A stretch of DNA of 57,827 nucleotides from positions 1 to 57,827 of IMG/VR virus record IMGVR_UViG_3300025536_000018, one strand, 5' to 3'. Shown here in pieces: positions 7,140 through 16,532 of the stretch. Every line of letters starts with the position of its first letter. The first letter of the stretch is position 1. The notes beneath the pieces were generated by a model. That model saw nothing but the letters and a program-made list of their open reading frames with translations. It searched no databases and was not told the origin of the DNA. The DNA is from a virus (Duplodnaviria; Caudoviricetes). The translations under genes and the position numbers were made by a program.

Positions 7140-8350
7140 CCGACACTCTCCACCAGGAGCCGGAGCGCGACCAGTTCAAGACCGAGTCGCCGATCCGCGC
7201 CTTCACCACCTGGACCGTCCAGGGCCTCTACGCGCTCGGCAAGGGCTTCCGGCCGTCACTGGCGCACCTGGTCCCCTATCTGCACGCCATGGAGAGCAAG
7301 GAGGGCTGGCAACTGGTCCAGGTGCTCGAAGCCGGGACGCAAACGCCGAGCTTCATCTTCAGGCAAAGCCGGGTGATCCCGGATGAAGTGCTCATCGACC
7401 GATTGCGCGGCGACGATGGCTTCAAGCAGTCGATCCGCGACTTGCTCAACGATGGCGAGTCCGAGCGCGTCCACCTGACCCTATCGTGCGACACCACGGC
7501 GGCCAAAGTCAGCGTGGGCCTCCGTCAAGTGACGGGTGATATGCAATCGGCGATAGACGATTCCTGGAATGACGGGGCGTGCATGTCGCGCTCGACACTC
7601 GAAGACTTCATCGACCGGATCAACGGATACGCGGCCGAACTCGGCACGGTCGAAGAGCCGTTCGTCCGCAACCGCGAGGGATTCGAGGAAGCGGGCCGGA
7701 AGATCGACCAGGCCCGTGATATGTCGGCCGATCTGGATGGCTTCGGCGAACCAGCCGTGCCGACGCCAACCTATCCCATCATGCCGGAGATCGCCGAGAA
7801 GCCAGCCGCCCGCGCCATGGCCTCCAGGATGGACCAGCACGACTACGGCGACATGCAACCGGAAGACGAACCGCTCGGCACTCTCTACGACATGACACCC
7901 CCTGCCGAGGCAATTGGCGGTCAACCCCCTGCCGAGGCAATTGGCGATGATCCGATCAATCCGAAGCACTACGGCGGGACCGCGTGCGCGGAGATCGGCG
8001 AGCTTCTGACCGCCAACAGCTACCAGGTGCTCAAATACAACTGGCGGCTCGGCGAGAAGGACAGTCCGTGCGTCGAGATCGGCAAGAGCATCTGGTATCT
8101 CGACCGCGAGCTTGCCATGATCGCCGAAGGGCACACCTTCATCCCCGGCGATGATCGCCTGCCGGATCACACCTTCTTCGACCACCGCCTCCGGGGACGT
8201 AGCGAGCACACCGCCAAGGTCGCCCGCTCGCTCATCTCCTGGAACCGCTACGGCAACCCGGAGACCCTGAAGTTACTTCGGCGCGTGCTCCAGGGTGAAC
8301 TGGACCGGCTCGACGGTTGCAAGGATTGGGGAAGCGGGCTGGCGATATGA
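7136..8350 (+). CDS. Multidomain protein with a DUF3310 (T7 gp1.7 nucleotide kinase-like) domain
   Basis: DPINPKHY...LKYNWRLGEK...EIGKSIWYLDREL signature. Confidence 0.75.
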   Translation: MTDTLHQEPERDQFKTESPIRAFTTWTVQGLYALGKGFRPSLAHLVPYLHAMESKEGWQLVQVLEAGTQTPSFIFRQSRVIPDEVLIDRLRGDDGFKQSIRDLLNDGESERVHLTLSCDTTAAKVSVGLRQVTGDMQSAIDDSWNDGACMSRSTLEDFIDRINGYAAELGTVEEPFVRNREGFEEAGRKIDQARDMSADLDGFGEPAVPTPTYPIMPEIAEKPAARAMASRMDQHDYGDMQPEDEPLGTLYDMTPPAEAIGGQPPAEAIGDDPINPKHYGGTACAEIGELLTANSYQVLKYNWRLGEKDSPCVEIGKSIWYLDRELAMIAEGHTFIPGDDRLPDHTFFDHRLRGRSEHTAKVARSLISWNRYGNPETLKLLRRVLQGELDRLDGCKDWGSGLAI

Positions 8351-8598
8351 GGGGCGCGCTCATCATCTGGAACAAGGACAAGCTGGAGGCGCTGGAAGAG
8401 GCCATCGACGTGGCCGTTGCAGGCAACCAGCGTGTCGTGACCTGGGAAGAACGGGAATCCACGTCCAGGTGGGCCACGGTCAAGAAGCATACCGTAGCCC
8501 TGGAGGAAGCCCGCGAGACCGCCAACCGGGTCCGCTGCGATCTACACGAAAACCCTATGCCGGTGCTGCCGGAGAACAAAGAAGGACGCGAACCATGA
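8347..8598 (+). CDS. Hypothetical protein
   Basis: ATGA overlaps on both sides. Confidence 0.65.
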   Translation: MRGALIIWNKDKLEALEEAIDVAVAGNQRVVTWEERESTSRWATVKKHTVALEEARETANRVRCDLHENPMPVLPENKEGREP

Positions 8599-9272
8599 CC
8601 AGTGCCTCGATTCACACCATCAACCGGGCCGAGTTCAAACATTGCACACCTGACGGCGACAAGCTGATTGCCGAGATCGCGCGTGTCAGCAACCCGGCCA
8701 ATGAGAAGAACGAAGAGACCGCCCCGCGCCTCATCCGCTTCCTCATCGACAACAACCACTGGTCGCCGTTCCAGATGTGCTCCATGGCTATCGAAGTGAA
8801 CACCACGCGCGACATCGGCCGCCAGATTCTCCGGCACCTGTCCGCCATCGGCTACCAGGAGTTCTCCGGCCGATATGCCGCCTACAACGAATTGCTCGGC
8901 TTCCGGGAGTGCCGGTTCCAGCATCCCACGAACCGCCAGCTTTCGGTTGAGCCGTCCACTCCGGAGCAACTGGATATCGTCACCGAATGGAACGAATACA
9001 TAGCAGAGAGGGCGCAACGAGATGAACGCGAATATCGGTATTGGCTGGATCGCGGCGTGGCTAAGGAGTGCGCCCGCGCGATCCTCCCTGAAGGCTTGGT
9101 GCCGACGCGCATGTATCTCCACTATTCGGTTCGGACGTGGTTGCATTACATCGCCGAGCGCCAGAAGGCGGGCGTCCAGAAGGAGCACCGGGTCATCGCC
9201 CACCGATGCCGGGAAATCCTCTACGACCACTTCCCGATGACAGCGGAGGCGTTCTTCTATGCGGATATTTGA
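8595..9272 (+). CDS. thyX: Flavin-dependent thymidylate synthase
   Basis: ARVSNP, HWSPF, RQILRH...QEFSGRY, GVAKECARAILP, QKEHR motifs. Confidence 0.9.
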   Translation: MTSASIHTINRAEFKHCTPDGDKLIAEIARVSNPANEKNEETAPRLIRFLIDNNHWSPFQMCSMAIEVNTTRDIGRQILRHLSAIGYQEFSGRYAAYNELLGFRECRFQHPTNRQLSVEPSTPEQLDIVTEWNEYIAERAQRDEREYRYWLDRGVAKECARAILPEGLVPTRMYLHYSVRTWLHYIAERQKAGVQKEHRVIAHRCREILYDHFPMTAEAFFYADI

Positions 9273-9498
9273 TAACCCGAACCACCCGCAATACGGTCCC
9301 GTGCGGCGCATGTGGATCGTGCTGGTGCAACTCGACCTTCTCGCCGCCGCCGAACGCTGGAGCGACCACCAGCGGACGACAGGCAACGGCCACGCCTGGG
9401 ATAGCTTCCTGGCGGGCTTGGTGGAGAAAAACCCCCACATCCCGGAGAGCGCGAGCCAGCGGCTCCTGGTCGGGATATTGCTGGAAGGATGGGCGTGA
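9259..9498 (+). CDS. Hypothetical protein
   Basis: 79 aa, GGAGG RBS. Confidence 0.6.
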   Translation: MRIFDNPNHPQYGPVRRMWIVLVQLDLLAAAERWSDHQRTTGNGHAWDSFLAGLVEKNPHIPESASQRLLVGILLEGWA

Positions 9499-9857
9499 TG
9501 GCGGAGACCACCGAAAAGCCAAGCTGCCACGGCGAGTATCCGTTTAACGCGGGTCTGTGCGCCGAACGCGGATGTGCGGACTGTCCGGTAGGCCAGGAGT
9601 GCCTTGACATCTCTCGCGCCAAACTGCCGCAAAAACCATCGTTCTTGCTCGTTACCGACAAGGGCGAATCGCACCACGCAATCCCGATGATCCTCTTTTG
9701 CCCCAATGGGCATCGTCACATTGACGAAGAGGCGTTCGAGAAAGTGCCGCATCATACGCACGCCTGCCAGGAGTGCGGAATCGTATGGCGTCCTGCGAAG
9801 GTCAACACTCATGGCGTTCGCTTCTTGCCTGGCTACAAGAACGGAGACCAATCATGA
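9498..9857 (+). CDS. Cys/His-rich metal-binding protein
   Basis: CxxxxCxxCPxxxxC and LFCPNGHRHID...HHTHACQECG motifs. Confidence 0.7.
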   Translation: MAETTEKPSCHGEYPFNAGLCAERGCADCPVGQECLDISRAKLPQKPSFLLVTDKGESHHAIPMILFCPNGHRHIDEEAFEKVPHHTHACQECGIVWRPAKVNTHGVRFLPGYKNGDQS

Positions 9858-10639
9858 CGAGCGTTCCGACTAATTCGTCCATCAAGGGCCGTGGCACCCG
9901 CCATAACCCGCGATCCTATTCAACTTGGGAGTGGACCCGCGCCTACCTGGTGCTGGCTTTGCTCCTGCCGCTGTTCCCGGTGATGATCCTTCTCTCCGGC
10001 CGCACGCTCCCCGATTGGGCCACCAGGAAGTTACTTCGCGCTCATCGTCGGTGGACCGCCGCCAACGCCATGGACTTCCGGATACCCCCTAACGAGGCAA
10101 TCCCTGTTTACATGCAACGCTGGTGGCGCGTGCCGCGCAATTGGGCGTTCAACATCTACTATCACATCGTCCGCCGCTCGGACGACGACCGGGCGCTCCA
10201 CGATCATCCGTGGTTCTCCTTCTCCATCGTGCTCGACGGTGGCTATAACGAACATGAGATCAAGGAAGGCGGCATCCACACTCGCACCTGGTATGGGCCT
10301 GGCGCGATGCGGTTCCGATGGCACGGCCGCAAGGCGCACCGGCTCGAACTGAAGCAGCACCACCCGGCCGATGGATGGCCCCCGGAGATGACGACGATGC
10401 GCCTGGCTGACTTCAACGATATCTGCACGGCAGGAGACGGCGCTTTTGAACTCCCGGCCACCACAATCTTCATCACGGGGCCAGTGCTCCGCCGATGGGG
10501 CTTCCACGCCGCCGAGCACGGCTGGATCGACGCTTACGATTGGGACGCCTTTTGCGAGGCGAACGGCATTGCAGCAATGCGGATGGACGGAGGCTCCGAC
10601 GCCGTTGTCTCCAGCCGCAACCTACACAAGGATAATTGA
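9854..10639 (+). CDS. Cupin-fold protein with an N-terminal membrane segment
   Basis: SDDDRALHDHPW...SIVLDGGYNE...HRLEL...TIFITGP...WGF. Confidence 0.75.
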   Translation: MTSVPTNSSIKGRGTRHNPRSYSTWEWTRAYLVLALLLPLFPVMILLSGRTLPDWATRKLLRAHRRWTAANAMDFRIPPNEAIPVYMQRWWRVPRNWAFNIYYHIVRRSDDDRALHDHPWFSFSIVLDGGYNEHEIKEGGIHTRTWYGPGAMRFRWHGRKAHRLELKQHHPADGWPPEMTTMRLADFNDICTAGDGAFELPATTIFITGPVLRRWGFHAAEHGWIDAYDWDAFCEANGIAAMRMDGGSDAVVSSRNLHKDN

Positions 10640-10641
10640 CC

Positions 10642-12081
10642 ATGGGCCTGAAGAAAGACATCACCGCACTGGTGGAAGCCAGCTATGCGGTCGGCCGCGA
10701 CGGCGAGAAGATCGCCAAGCGGCTCATCGAAGCCGGAATCCGCATGATGGCGGACGAAGGGGCGATCACCGCCGAGCATCGGATCAAGGTCTCGGACTTC
10801 GACACGGGCGAGTTCCATCTTACCACCTTCACGGAAGCGCCGTCCTTCGGTAGCTTTGACGAAGCCGTGGGCGAGATGCGGTCCACCTTGCTCGAAGCCG
10901 GATCGACGTTCGACGGCTACGCACGCAACCACTTCGACAAGACGCCGCCGCAACTGGAAAAGGCGGCTCGAAACGTCGAAATGGCCGGAAAGTGCTTCTC
11001 GGCGGCCGGGGAGACCTACAGCCCGCCGTCAGAACCATCCAAATTGCCCGATTTCCGGCCCGTGGAGCACGATTCCGGGTCTGAAGGCTCCGGTGGCCCG
11101 GTCGGCAGCGCCCGCACGCTCCTGAAGGCGCTCTACGCGGCCGAACTGACCGGCGAACCGATGCTCGGCGTATCCGTCCACCTGGACGACCGGCCGGTGC
11201 TAGACGCCCTGGTCGAACTCGGCCATCTCAACCGCGACGATATCAGCGACAAGGTGACGCTGACGACAATGGGCAAGGACTCCATCGGCGTGCGCCCGCA
11301 CGGCGTTCCGGAGCTTCCGGTCGAAGTCGCGGAGATCACCGGCAACATCGAAGAGCGCGAGCTTGCCGCCCGCTATATCGACGGGAAGATCAAGGGCGTC
11401 GAAAAGCACCTGGCCAACAATGCCGGGGCGGCCGACCAGGCGGACTACGAGATCATGGCGCGTATCCTTATCGAGATCGCACATGAGTTCCGGATCGGCC
11501 TGCATCTCCCGACCATCCACATCGGCGGCCGAGTGGTCCCCTACAACGAAGACCGCTCGACCGGCGTGACGCACGCGGCCCCGCTCCGGCTCTTCTTCGA
11601 GGATGTCTATTCGCGGAACCTGAAGGCGGGCTGGTGGACCAACATCGAAGACGGGACGCCGAAGAAGCGCAATGTCGGCGAATTGTTCATCCTCTTCATC
11701 ACGGAGATCGCCGAAGCCTACATGGCCTATCGCGACAACCTGGCGGATGACAAGCTGCCCGAATATCCGGGTCTCGGCGTCGAGCTTGCCGATCTCGGCA
11801 TCCGGTGGGCGGACTTCTGTGGTGCCCTCCTGGCCGGGAACATTGTGGAGCACTCCGGCGCGCGGAATCCCGGTGACGAGATGTTCATCGAGATTCTGGC
11901 AATCGCCAACCGCTATGAGGCGATCCGCAAGACGCCTGAAGCTAAGGGCGAGCCGGAGGAAGGGGATTTCATCCCGGCCGCTGACGTGGCGATCATGGTG
12001 GACCGGAAGCTCGACTTCAACGCCCACCGGGAAGATCACAAGATCGAAAACCGCCTGAAGGAAGGCGGCAAGCAAACCTAA
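10642..12081 (+). CDS. Multidomain protein with a C-terminal MazG-like NTP pyrophosphohydrolase
   Basis: KAGWW...RNVGE...TEIAEA...DDKLP...VELAD..IR...KLDFN..R.DHK. Confidence 0.8.
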   Translation: MGLKKDITALVEASYAVGRDGEKIAKRLIEAGIRMMADEGAITAEHRIKVSDFDTGEFHLTTFTEAPSFGSFDEAVGEMRSTLLEAGSTFDGYARNHFDKTPPQLEKAARNVEMAGKCFSAAGETYSPPSEPSKLPDFRPVEHDSGSEGSGGPVGSARTLLKALYAAELTGEPMLGVSVHLDDRPVLDALVELGHLNRDDISDKVTLTTMGKDSIGVRPHGVPELPVEVAEITGNIEERELAARYIDGKIKGVEKHLANNAGAADQADYEIMARILIEIAHEFRIGLHLPTIHIGGRVVPYNEDRSTGVTHAAPLRLFFEDVYSRNLKAGWWTNIEDGTPKKRNVGELFILFITEIAEAYMAYRDNLADDKLPEYPGLGVELADLGIRWADFCGALLAGNIVEHSGARNPGDEMFIEILAIANRYEAIRKTPEAKGEPEEGDFIPAADVAIMVDRKLDFNAHREDHKIENRLKEGGKQT

Positions 12082-12103
12082 TCGGACTATGTAGCCTCGC
12101 GGC

Positions 12104-12132
12104 TTGACAGGTTTCTGTCTTCACTCTAAGCA
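12104..12132 (+). promoter_or_regulatory. Sigma70-type promoter
   Basis: TTGACA-17 nt-TAAGCA in an intergenic gap; palindrome at 12184 downstream. Confidence 0.55.
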
Positions 12133-12213
12133 GAGGGTCGCGAGGCAATTCCGGACAGAAAATGATTCGGGGATTCGCCAAACGGAAGTAACTTCTCTAG
12201 GAGGACCACGAAA

Positions 12214-12720
12214 ATGAAACGTATAGCACTCGGCTTCGCCATCGTCGCCTTTGCGGGTCTCGCGGCCTACGCCCTGTCAGGGCAACCGGCCATCGGCCTG
12301 ATAGCCGCCGTCATCACCCTCATCGTCCTTCCGCCATCAATTGATCCGGCGATCCAGATCAAGGAGCGGCAGCTAAGCCACATCCAGCCGGAGATGCGGC
12401 CTGGTCCGAAGACCTGGAAGCGCGGCAACAAGGAGGCCGGGACCGGCGAAGTCCTCCAAGCCCTCCGAACCAACCGCGAGGGAACGCCGCTCTGCCCGAA
12501 TTGCGGAGAGCCTTCGCTTCTCCAAGGTCCGAGCGGCGGCATGTCCATGAACGCGGCGTGCGGATCGTGCCTCCATGAGTTCAACCTTGGCATGTTCGAC
12601 TCGCCCCCGCTGGTGATGGAAGCCCGTGGTCGGATGGACGTGGGCCGCGCGGCAGTCTTCGGCATCTCGCCGGAAGAATACACCGCCAATCCGAACTCCG
12701 AATCGGAGAAGGTGCAATGA
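12214..12720 (+). CDS. Membrane protein with a Zn-ribbon
   Basis: Two N-terminal TM segments; CPNC...CGSC. Confidence 0.75.
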   Translation: MKRIALGFAIVAFAGLAAYALSGQPAIGLIAAVITLIVLPPSIDPAIQIKERQLSHIQPEMRPGPKTWKRGNKEAGTGEVLQALRTNREGTPLCPNCGEPSLLQGPSGGMSMNAACGSCLHEFNLGMFDSPPLVMEARGRMDVGRAAVFGISPEEYTANPNSESEKVQ

Positions 12721-13163
12721 GCGATGCAGTATCCCAAGCGGCCGAATATGCGGGCCTCATCGCCGACATCTGCAAGCTGTCCGCCTATGACCACGGCAAG
12801 CGCCGCGATCTCGAACAGCAAGTGTTCCAGCGGCTCGGCTACGAGACCACGATCAACAAGCGCGGCTACATGATGCGGAAGCCAGGGGAATCGCACTGGC
12901 AGAGCCAGCCGCAAATCCTCTCCGACTTCGGCACGGCCGTCAACTACACCATCGGCCACCGCTACGGCAATCTCGACCATCCGCTCGAACAGAACTGGTA
13001 TATCCGCGAGATGTGCGAGACCAGTGAGCCGGTCAACCCGAACGGCAAGCGGATCGCAGCGTGGGCCATCCGGCTCCACAAGATTGGCAAGCCCTATCGA
13101 GACGCTACCGCGATCTCCCCGGCCGCCGCCCTGGTCGCGGCCTGGCTCCGCACTCATCCATGA
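12717..13163 (+). CDS. Hypothetical protein
   Basis: 148 aa, ATGA coupling. Confidence 0.75.
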   Translation: MSDAVSQAAEYAGLIADICKLSAYDHGKRRDLEQQVFQRLGYETTINKRGYMMRKPGESHWQSQPQILSDFGTAVNYTIGHRYGNLDHPLEQNWYIREMCETSEPVNPNGKRIAAWAIRLHKIGKPYRDATAISPAAALVAAWLRTHP

Positions 13164-13369
13164 GCGGCGAGCACACCCGGCTAGGGCACACCATGACGGC
13201 GACGTTCCGGATGACGGACTCGCCGAAGTGGTTGAGCCACTTCGAGATCACCCGTGACGGCGACAAGATCACGATCCTGGTGGTGAAGCGCAACGGGATC
13301 ATCCAGTGTGAGGCTGACGCCGACGCGAAGCAATTCTTCGACATGATCGAAAAACTGAAGGAGTTCTGA
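13160..13369 (+). CDS. Small hypothetical protein
   Basis: ATGA coupling, typical codon usage. Confidence 0.65.
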   Translation: MSGEHTRLGHTMTATFRMTDSPKWLSHFEITRDGDKITILVVKRNGIIQCEADADAKQFFDMIEKLKEF

Positions 13370-13370
13370 C

Positions 13371-14075
13371 ATGCCTACCACCAAGCAAATCGAAAACATC
13401 CTCTATGACTTCATCGGCCAGGGCGGCGGAGACGGCGACACGATCACCGAATACGCCGAGAAGATCGCGGCGCTGTTCGATGACAACGGCGTGATCCTGA
13501 CGGCCGCCGCGCAACTGGAGAACGAAGTTACTTCGACGCTCATGGATATGACGGTCGCCACGGTGCTCGCCACGCTCATCGAAGAAGAAGGCGGCGGCCG
13601 GTCCAATATCAGCATCTCCCCGATGTCGATGGACCACATGCAACAGCACTACCTATACGAAGTGCGTAACGAAGGCATGATACGCCATGTGAGTATCAAG
13701 CTCCGCGAAGACAGCCCGCTCCAGAAGGAAGAGAACTGGCGCGAGCCGTCGAACCGGCACGCCCTGGTCGATACCGCCCCTGATTCGCTCACCATCGACC
13801 AGTTGAAGCCGCAAGCCGAGCCGAAGGAATACAAGCGGCCGGTATGGGCGGTGCGGTTCTGGTGCGCTACCGGCGACGGCTTCCGGCCGGAACTACGGGC
13901 GTGCGCGGATCGCGACGACGCCGCGCGGACGGTCAGAGGATACCACGACGACGATGGGCGGCCGGATGCTGCTATCGAGAATCGTTGGTGTTTGCACGAA
14001 GACTGTCCCACTTCGGGATGCAACCATGATCCGAAGCTCCGGGACGAACCGGAAGCAACTTCCGAGGCTGAATAG
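13371..14075 (+). CDS. Hypothetical protein
   Basis: 234 aa, AAGGAG RBS. Confidence 0.75.
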   Translation: MPTTKQIENILYDFIGQGGGDGDTITEYAEKIAALFDDNGVILTAAAQLENEVTSTLMDMTVATVLATLIEEEGGGRSNISISPMSMDHMQQHYLYEVRNEGMIRHVSIKLREDSPLQKEENWREPSNRHALVDTAPDSLTIDQLKPQAEPKEYKRPVWAVRFWCATGDGFRPELRACADRDDAARTVRGYHDDDGRPDAAIENRWCLHEDCPTSGCNHDPKLRDEPEATSEAE

Positions 14076-14078
14076 CTG

Positions 14079-14107
14079 TTGACAACTCTCTTGCAAGCGA
14101 TCATACG
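14079..14107 (+). promoter_or_regulatory. Sigma70-type promoter for gapR and the parB-like gene
   Basis: TTGACA-17 nt-CATACG; palindrome variant 15 nt upstream (14051-14063). Confidence 0.65.
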
Positions 14108-14141
14108 GTGATCGTCACACAGCGAGGAAAGTGACTGGACC

Positions 14142-14444
14142 ATGGCAAAGAAGCCGAAGAAGACCTACGACATCGACAACGATCCCACGTTCGACACCAG
14201 CGAAGCGGCCAAGAGCAACGCGCTGGACCGTCAACTGATTCAACTCCTGGAGCGTATCGAACGCCTCCGGGAAGAGAAGAAGGGAATCGCCGACGACGAG
14301 AAGGATGTCTTCTCCGAAGGCAAGGCGCTTGGCTACGACGCCAAATTGATGCGCGCCATGCTGACGCTTCGGAAGATGAAGCCCGATGATCGCGCCGAAC
14401 TCGACGCGCTCATGGAAACTTATCGCCGCGCCACTGGTTTGTAA
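14142..14444 (+). CDS. gapR: GapR-like nucleoid-associated protein (DUF2312)
   Basis: QL...ERIERL.EEKK.IADD.KDVF.E.K..GYD.K.MR....LRK...DR.E..AL...Y..A.G. Confidence 0.9.
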   Translation: MAKKPKKTYDIDNDPTFDTSEAAKSNALDRQLIQLLERIERLREEKKGIADDEKDVFSEGKALGYDAKLMRAMLTLRKMKPDDRAELDALMETYRRATGL

Positions 14445-14479
14445 TCCCTGACATCGTGAAGAAGAGAAGGAACTGAATT

Positions 14480-15676
14480 ATGGAAAAGCTGACTCTGCCG
14501 AAGGCCAAGTTCGCCCACGAACTCACGGCCGCCCCCGTCGATCCGACCATGAAGGCCGCCGAAGCGACCAGCGCCAAGCTGTATCGCGTCCCGGTCTCCA
14601 AGATCAAGGTCATCCCCGGCTTCAACGTCCGCGTGCAGTCGCCCGACTACATCGCCCACCGTGACGCCATCCGCGCCAGCATCGCCAGCAACGGCTATGA
14701 CTCGACCAAGCCGCTCGCCGGTTACGTCGCGAAGGAAGGCGATGAGAACGTCATCTATGTCACGGACGGCCACACCCGACTGGACGCGGTGAACGAACAC
14801 AACGCCGATCCCGACACGGCCGAGAAGGATGAGATCAACACCTTGCCGGTGATGGTCCAGCCGAAGGAAGTGTCGCTCACCGACCTGACCGTCATGCTGC
14901 ACACCGCGAACAACGGTCGGCCGCTGACGCCGTTCGAGCTTGGCGTCGTCGTGAAGCGGCTCCTGGCCGAAGAAGGCGCGAAGAAGAGCGAGATCGCACA
15001 GCGGCTCGGCGTCACGTCGCGCTACCTGGACGATGTGCTCCTGCTTGCGAACGCTGATTCCAAGGTCAAGCAGCACGTCGCCAGCGGCGCGGTCTCCAGC
15101 ACCATGGCGATCCAGCTTATCCGCAAGGACGCCGACAGCGCCGCCGAGAAGATCGAAGCGGCCGTGAAGGCGACCGCTGGCACCGGCAAGAAGGCGACCA
15201 AGAAGCACGCCGGTCCCCGGATGCAGAAGATCAAGGTCGCCGTGCCGTTCACCGAAGACCAGGACATGAAGGAGATCGTGAAGGCCGCTGCCGCCGCGAT
15301 CCGCGAAGCCGTCCCGGCCGTCGAAGGCGAGGAAGACGCGAAGCTGGCTGGCGTCAGCGGCACCGTCAACCTGGTGATCGAAGTGCCCGCACCGGAGAAG
15401 CCGAAGCCCGCGAAGAAGGCTCCGGCGAAGAAGGCCGCCGCCAAGCCCGCCAAGGCCGCCAAGGCGACCGACGCGGAGCCGGAGGCGAAGCCCGCCAAGA
15501 AGGCCGCGACGAAGAAGGCCGCTGCCGCCAAGCCCGCGAAGAAGGGCAAGGCCGCCAAGGCTGACATCGGCGTCGAAGGCGCGGAAGCGGTCGGCGAGGA
15601 CGATGAAGTCGCGATCCTGCCGCCGAAGGTCGTGTCGGACGCGGATGTCCCCGACGACGAAGAAGTGGACATCTAA
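14480..15676 (+). CDS. parB: ParB/Spo0J-like protein with HTH and a histone-H1-like Lys/Ala tail
   Basis: GFNVR, VTDGHTRL (GxxR), N..RPLTPFE, HTH SEIAQRLGVTSRYL, AKK-rich C-terminus. Confidence 0.8.
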   Translation: MEKLTLPKAKFAHELTAAPVDPTMKAAEATSAKLYRVPVSKIKVIPGFNVRVQSPDYIAHRDAIRASIASNGYDSTKPLAGYVAKEGDENVIYVTDGHTRLDAVNEHNADPDTAEKDEINTLPVMVQPKEVSLTDLTVMLHTANNGRPLTPFELGVVVKRLLAEEGAKKSEIAQRLGVTSRYLDDVLLLANADSKVKQHVASGAVSSTMAIQLIRKDADSAAEKIEAAVKATAGTGKKATKKHAGPRMQKIKVAVPFTEDQDMKEIVKAAAAAIREAVPAVEGEEDAKLAGVSGTVNLVIEVPAPEKPKPAKKAPAKKAAAKPAKAAKATDAEPEAKPAKKAATKKAAAAKPAKKGKAAKADIGVEGAEAVGEDDEVAILPPKVVSDADVPDDEEVDI

Positions 15677-15895
15677 TCGAGACGGGGCCAGGAGCGGGGC
15701 GGCACAGATGCTAGTGTCGCCTGAAGGGGAAACTTCGCTACCTGGCCCCACCCCTCCGATGAGCGCTGTGCCGATACAGCTTTCATCGGAGTGGTGGGAA
15801 TTGGCCTCGCCCCCTAAAGTCCGACCACAACCGGAAATGGCCCTGGAGCCGATGAGGACAGGTTGCGCCGCTCCAACTCATAGGAAGTAACTTCG

Positions 15896-16159
15896 ATGGG
15901 CAAACGGTATGGAAGCAAGGCCGCATACGAAGCGTCCCGCGCCGACATCCGCGCCCACCGCGACAAGTGGGAAAGGTGGTATCAGATGACCGACGAAGAA
16001 CGCACCAAGCAGCGCAACAAGGAGCGCCTGGAAGGCGACGAAGCGATGATGACCTTCACGATGCTCATGGCCTCCAGCATGGCGGGCGGAGCCGACGCCA
16101 AGAAGGCCGCCGCAAACGCCGAACTGGCCATCGCCGAACTGAAGCGCCGGTTCACCTGA
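15896..16159 (+). CDS. Hypothetical protein
   Basis: 87 aa; ATG immediately follows the palindrome at 15883-15895. Confidence 0.6.
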   Translation: MGKRYGSKAAYEASRADIRAHRDKWERWYQMTDEERTKQRNKERLEGDEAMMTFTMLMASSMAGGADAKKAAANAELAIAELKRRFT

Positions 16160-16264
16160 CCGTGGCCGGGTGTAGGCACATGCGGCAAGGCGATGAAGTC
16201 TTCTGCCCGACTTGCACCCGGCGCTGGCCAGTGGTAGAAGAGCCTCCCCCTTGCGAGAGGAAAG

Positions 16265-16423
16265 ATGATGGACAGAATCCCGCCCACGAAGATCGACCGG
16301 AACCGGGCCGTCGAAGAGGCCGCCAAGCTCCGCGATATAGCGGATCGCGCAAAGGCCGCTCGCCCCGTTGATACCGGCCGGGATATCCTCCGCGCTCCAG
16401 GGGCGCTCCGGGACATCCTCTGA
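16265..16423 (+). CDS. Small hypothetical protein
   Basis: MMDRIPPTKIDRNRAVEEAAKLRDIA...; GAGG RBS; ends at the terminator. Confidence 0.4.
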   Translation: MMDRIPPTKIDRNRAVEEAAKLRDIADRAKAARPVDTGRDILRAPGALRDIL

Positions 16424-16424
16424 C

Positions 16425-16473
16425 AAACGAAAAGCCGCCGATCCTTTGCGAGGGGATCGGCGGCTTCGTTTTT
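16425..16473. terminator. Bidirectional intrinsic terminator
   Basis: AAGCCGCCGATCC...GGATCGGCGGCTT with A-rich and T-rich flanks, between convergent gene blocks. Confidence 0.85.
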
Positions 16474-16532
16474 CCCCGGAGGACCAGTTCCAAGGGACAA
16501 CCTACCAGGAGGCAGGGATCAATTTACCCGAT

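Noticed and set aside
14480-15676. Plasmid-prophage or temperate lifestyle inferred from ParB and the Leu at the PolA 762-equivalent position
   Set aside because: No ParA, integrase, protelomerase or CI-like repressor found; the evidence is insufficient
15684-15753. tRNA, tmRNA or hammerhead ribozyme
   Set aside because: No TTCRA T-loop or anticodon arm; CTGAAG...GAAAC lacks stem II and the conserved CUGANGA. Kept only as an unclassified structure.
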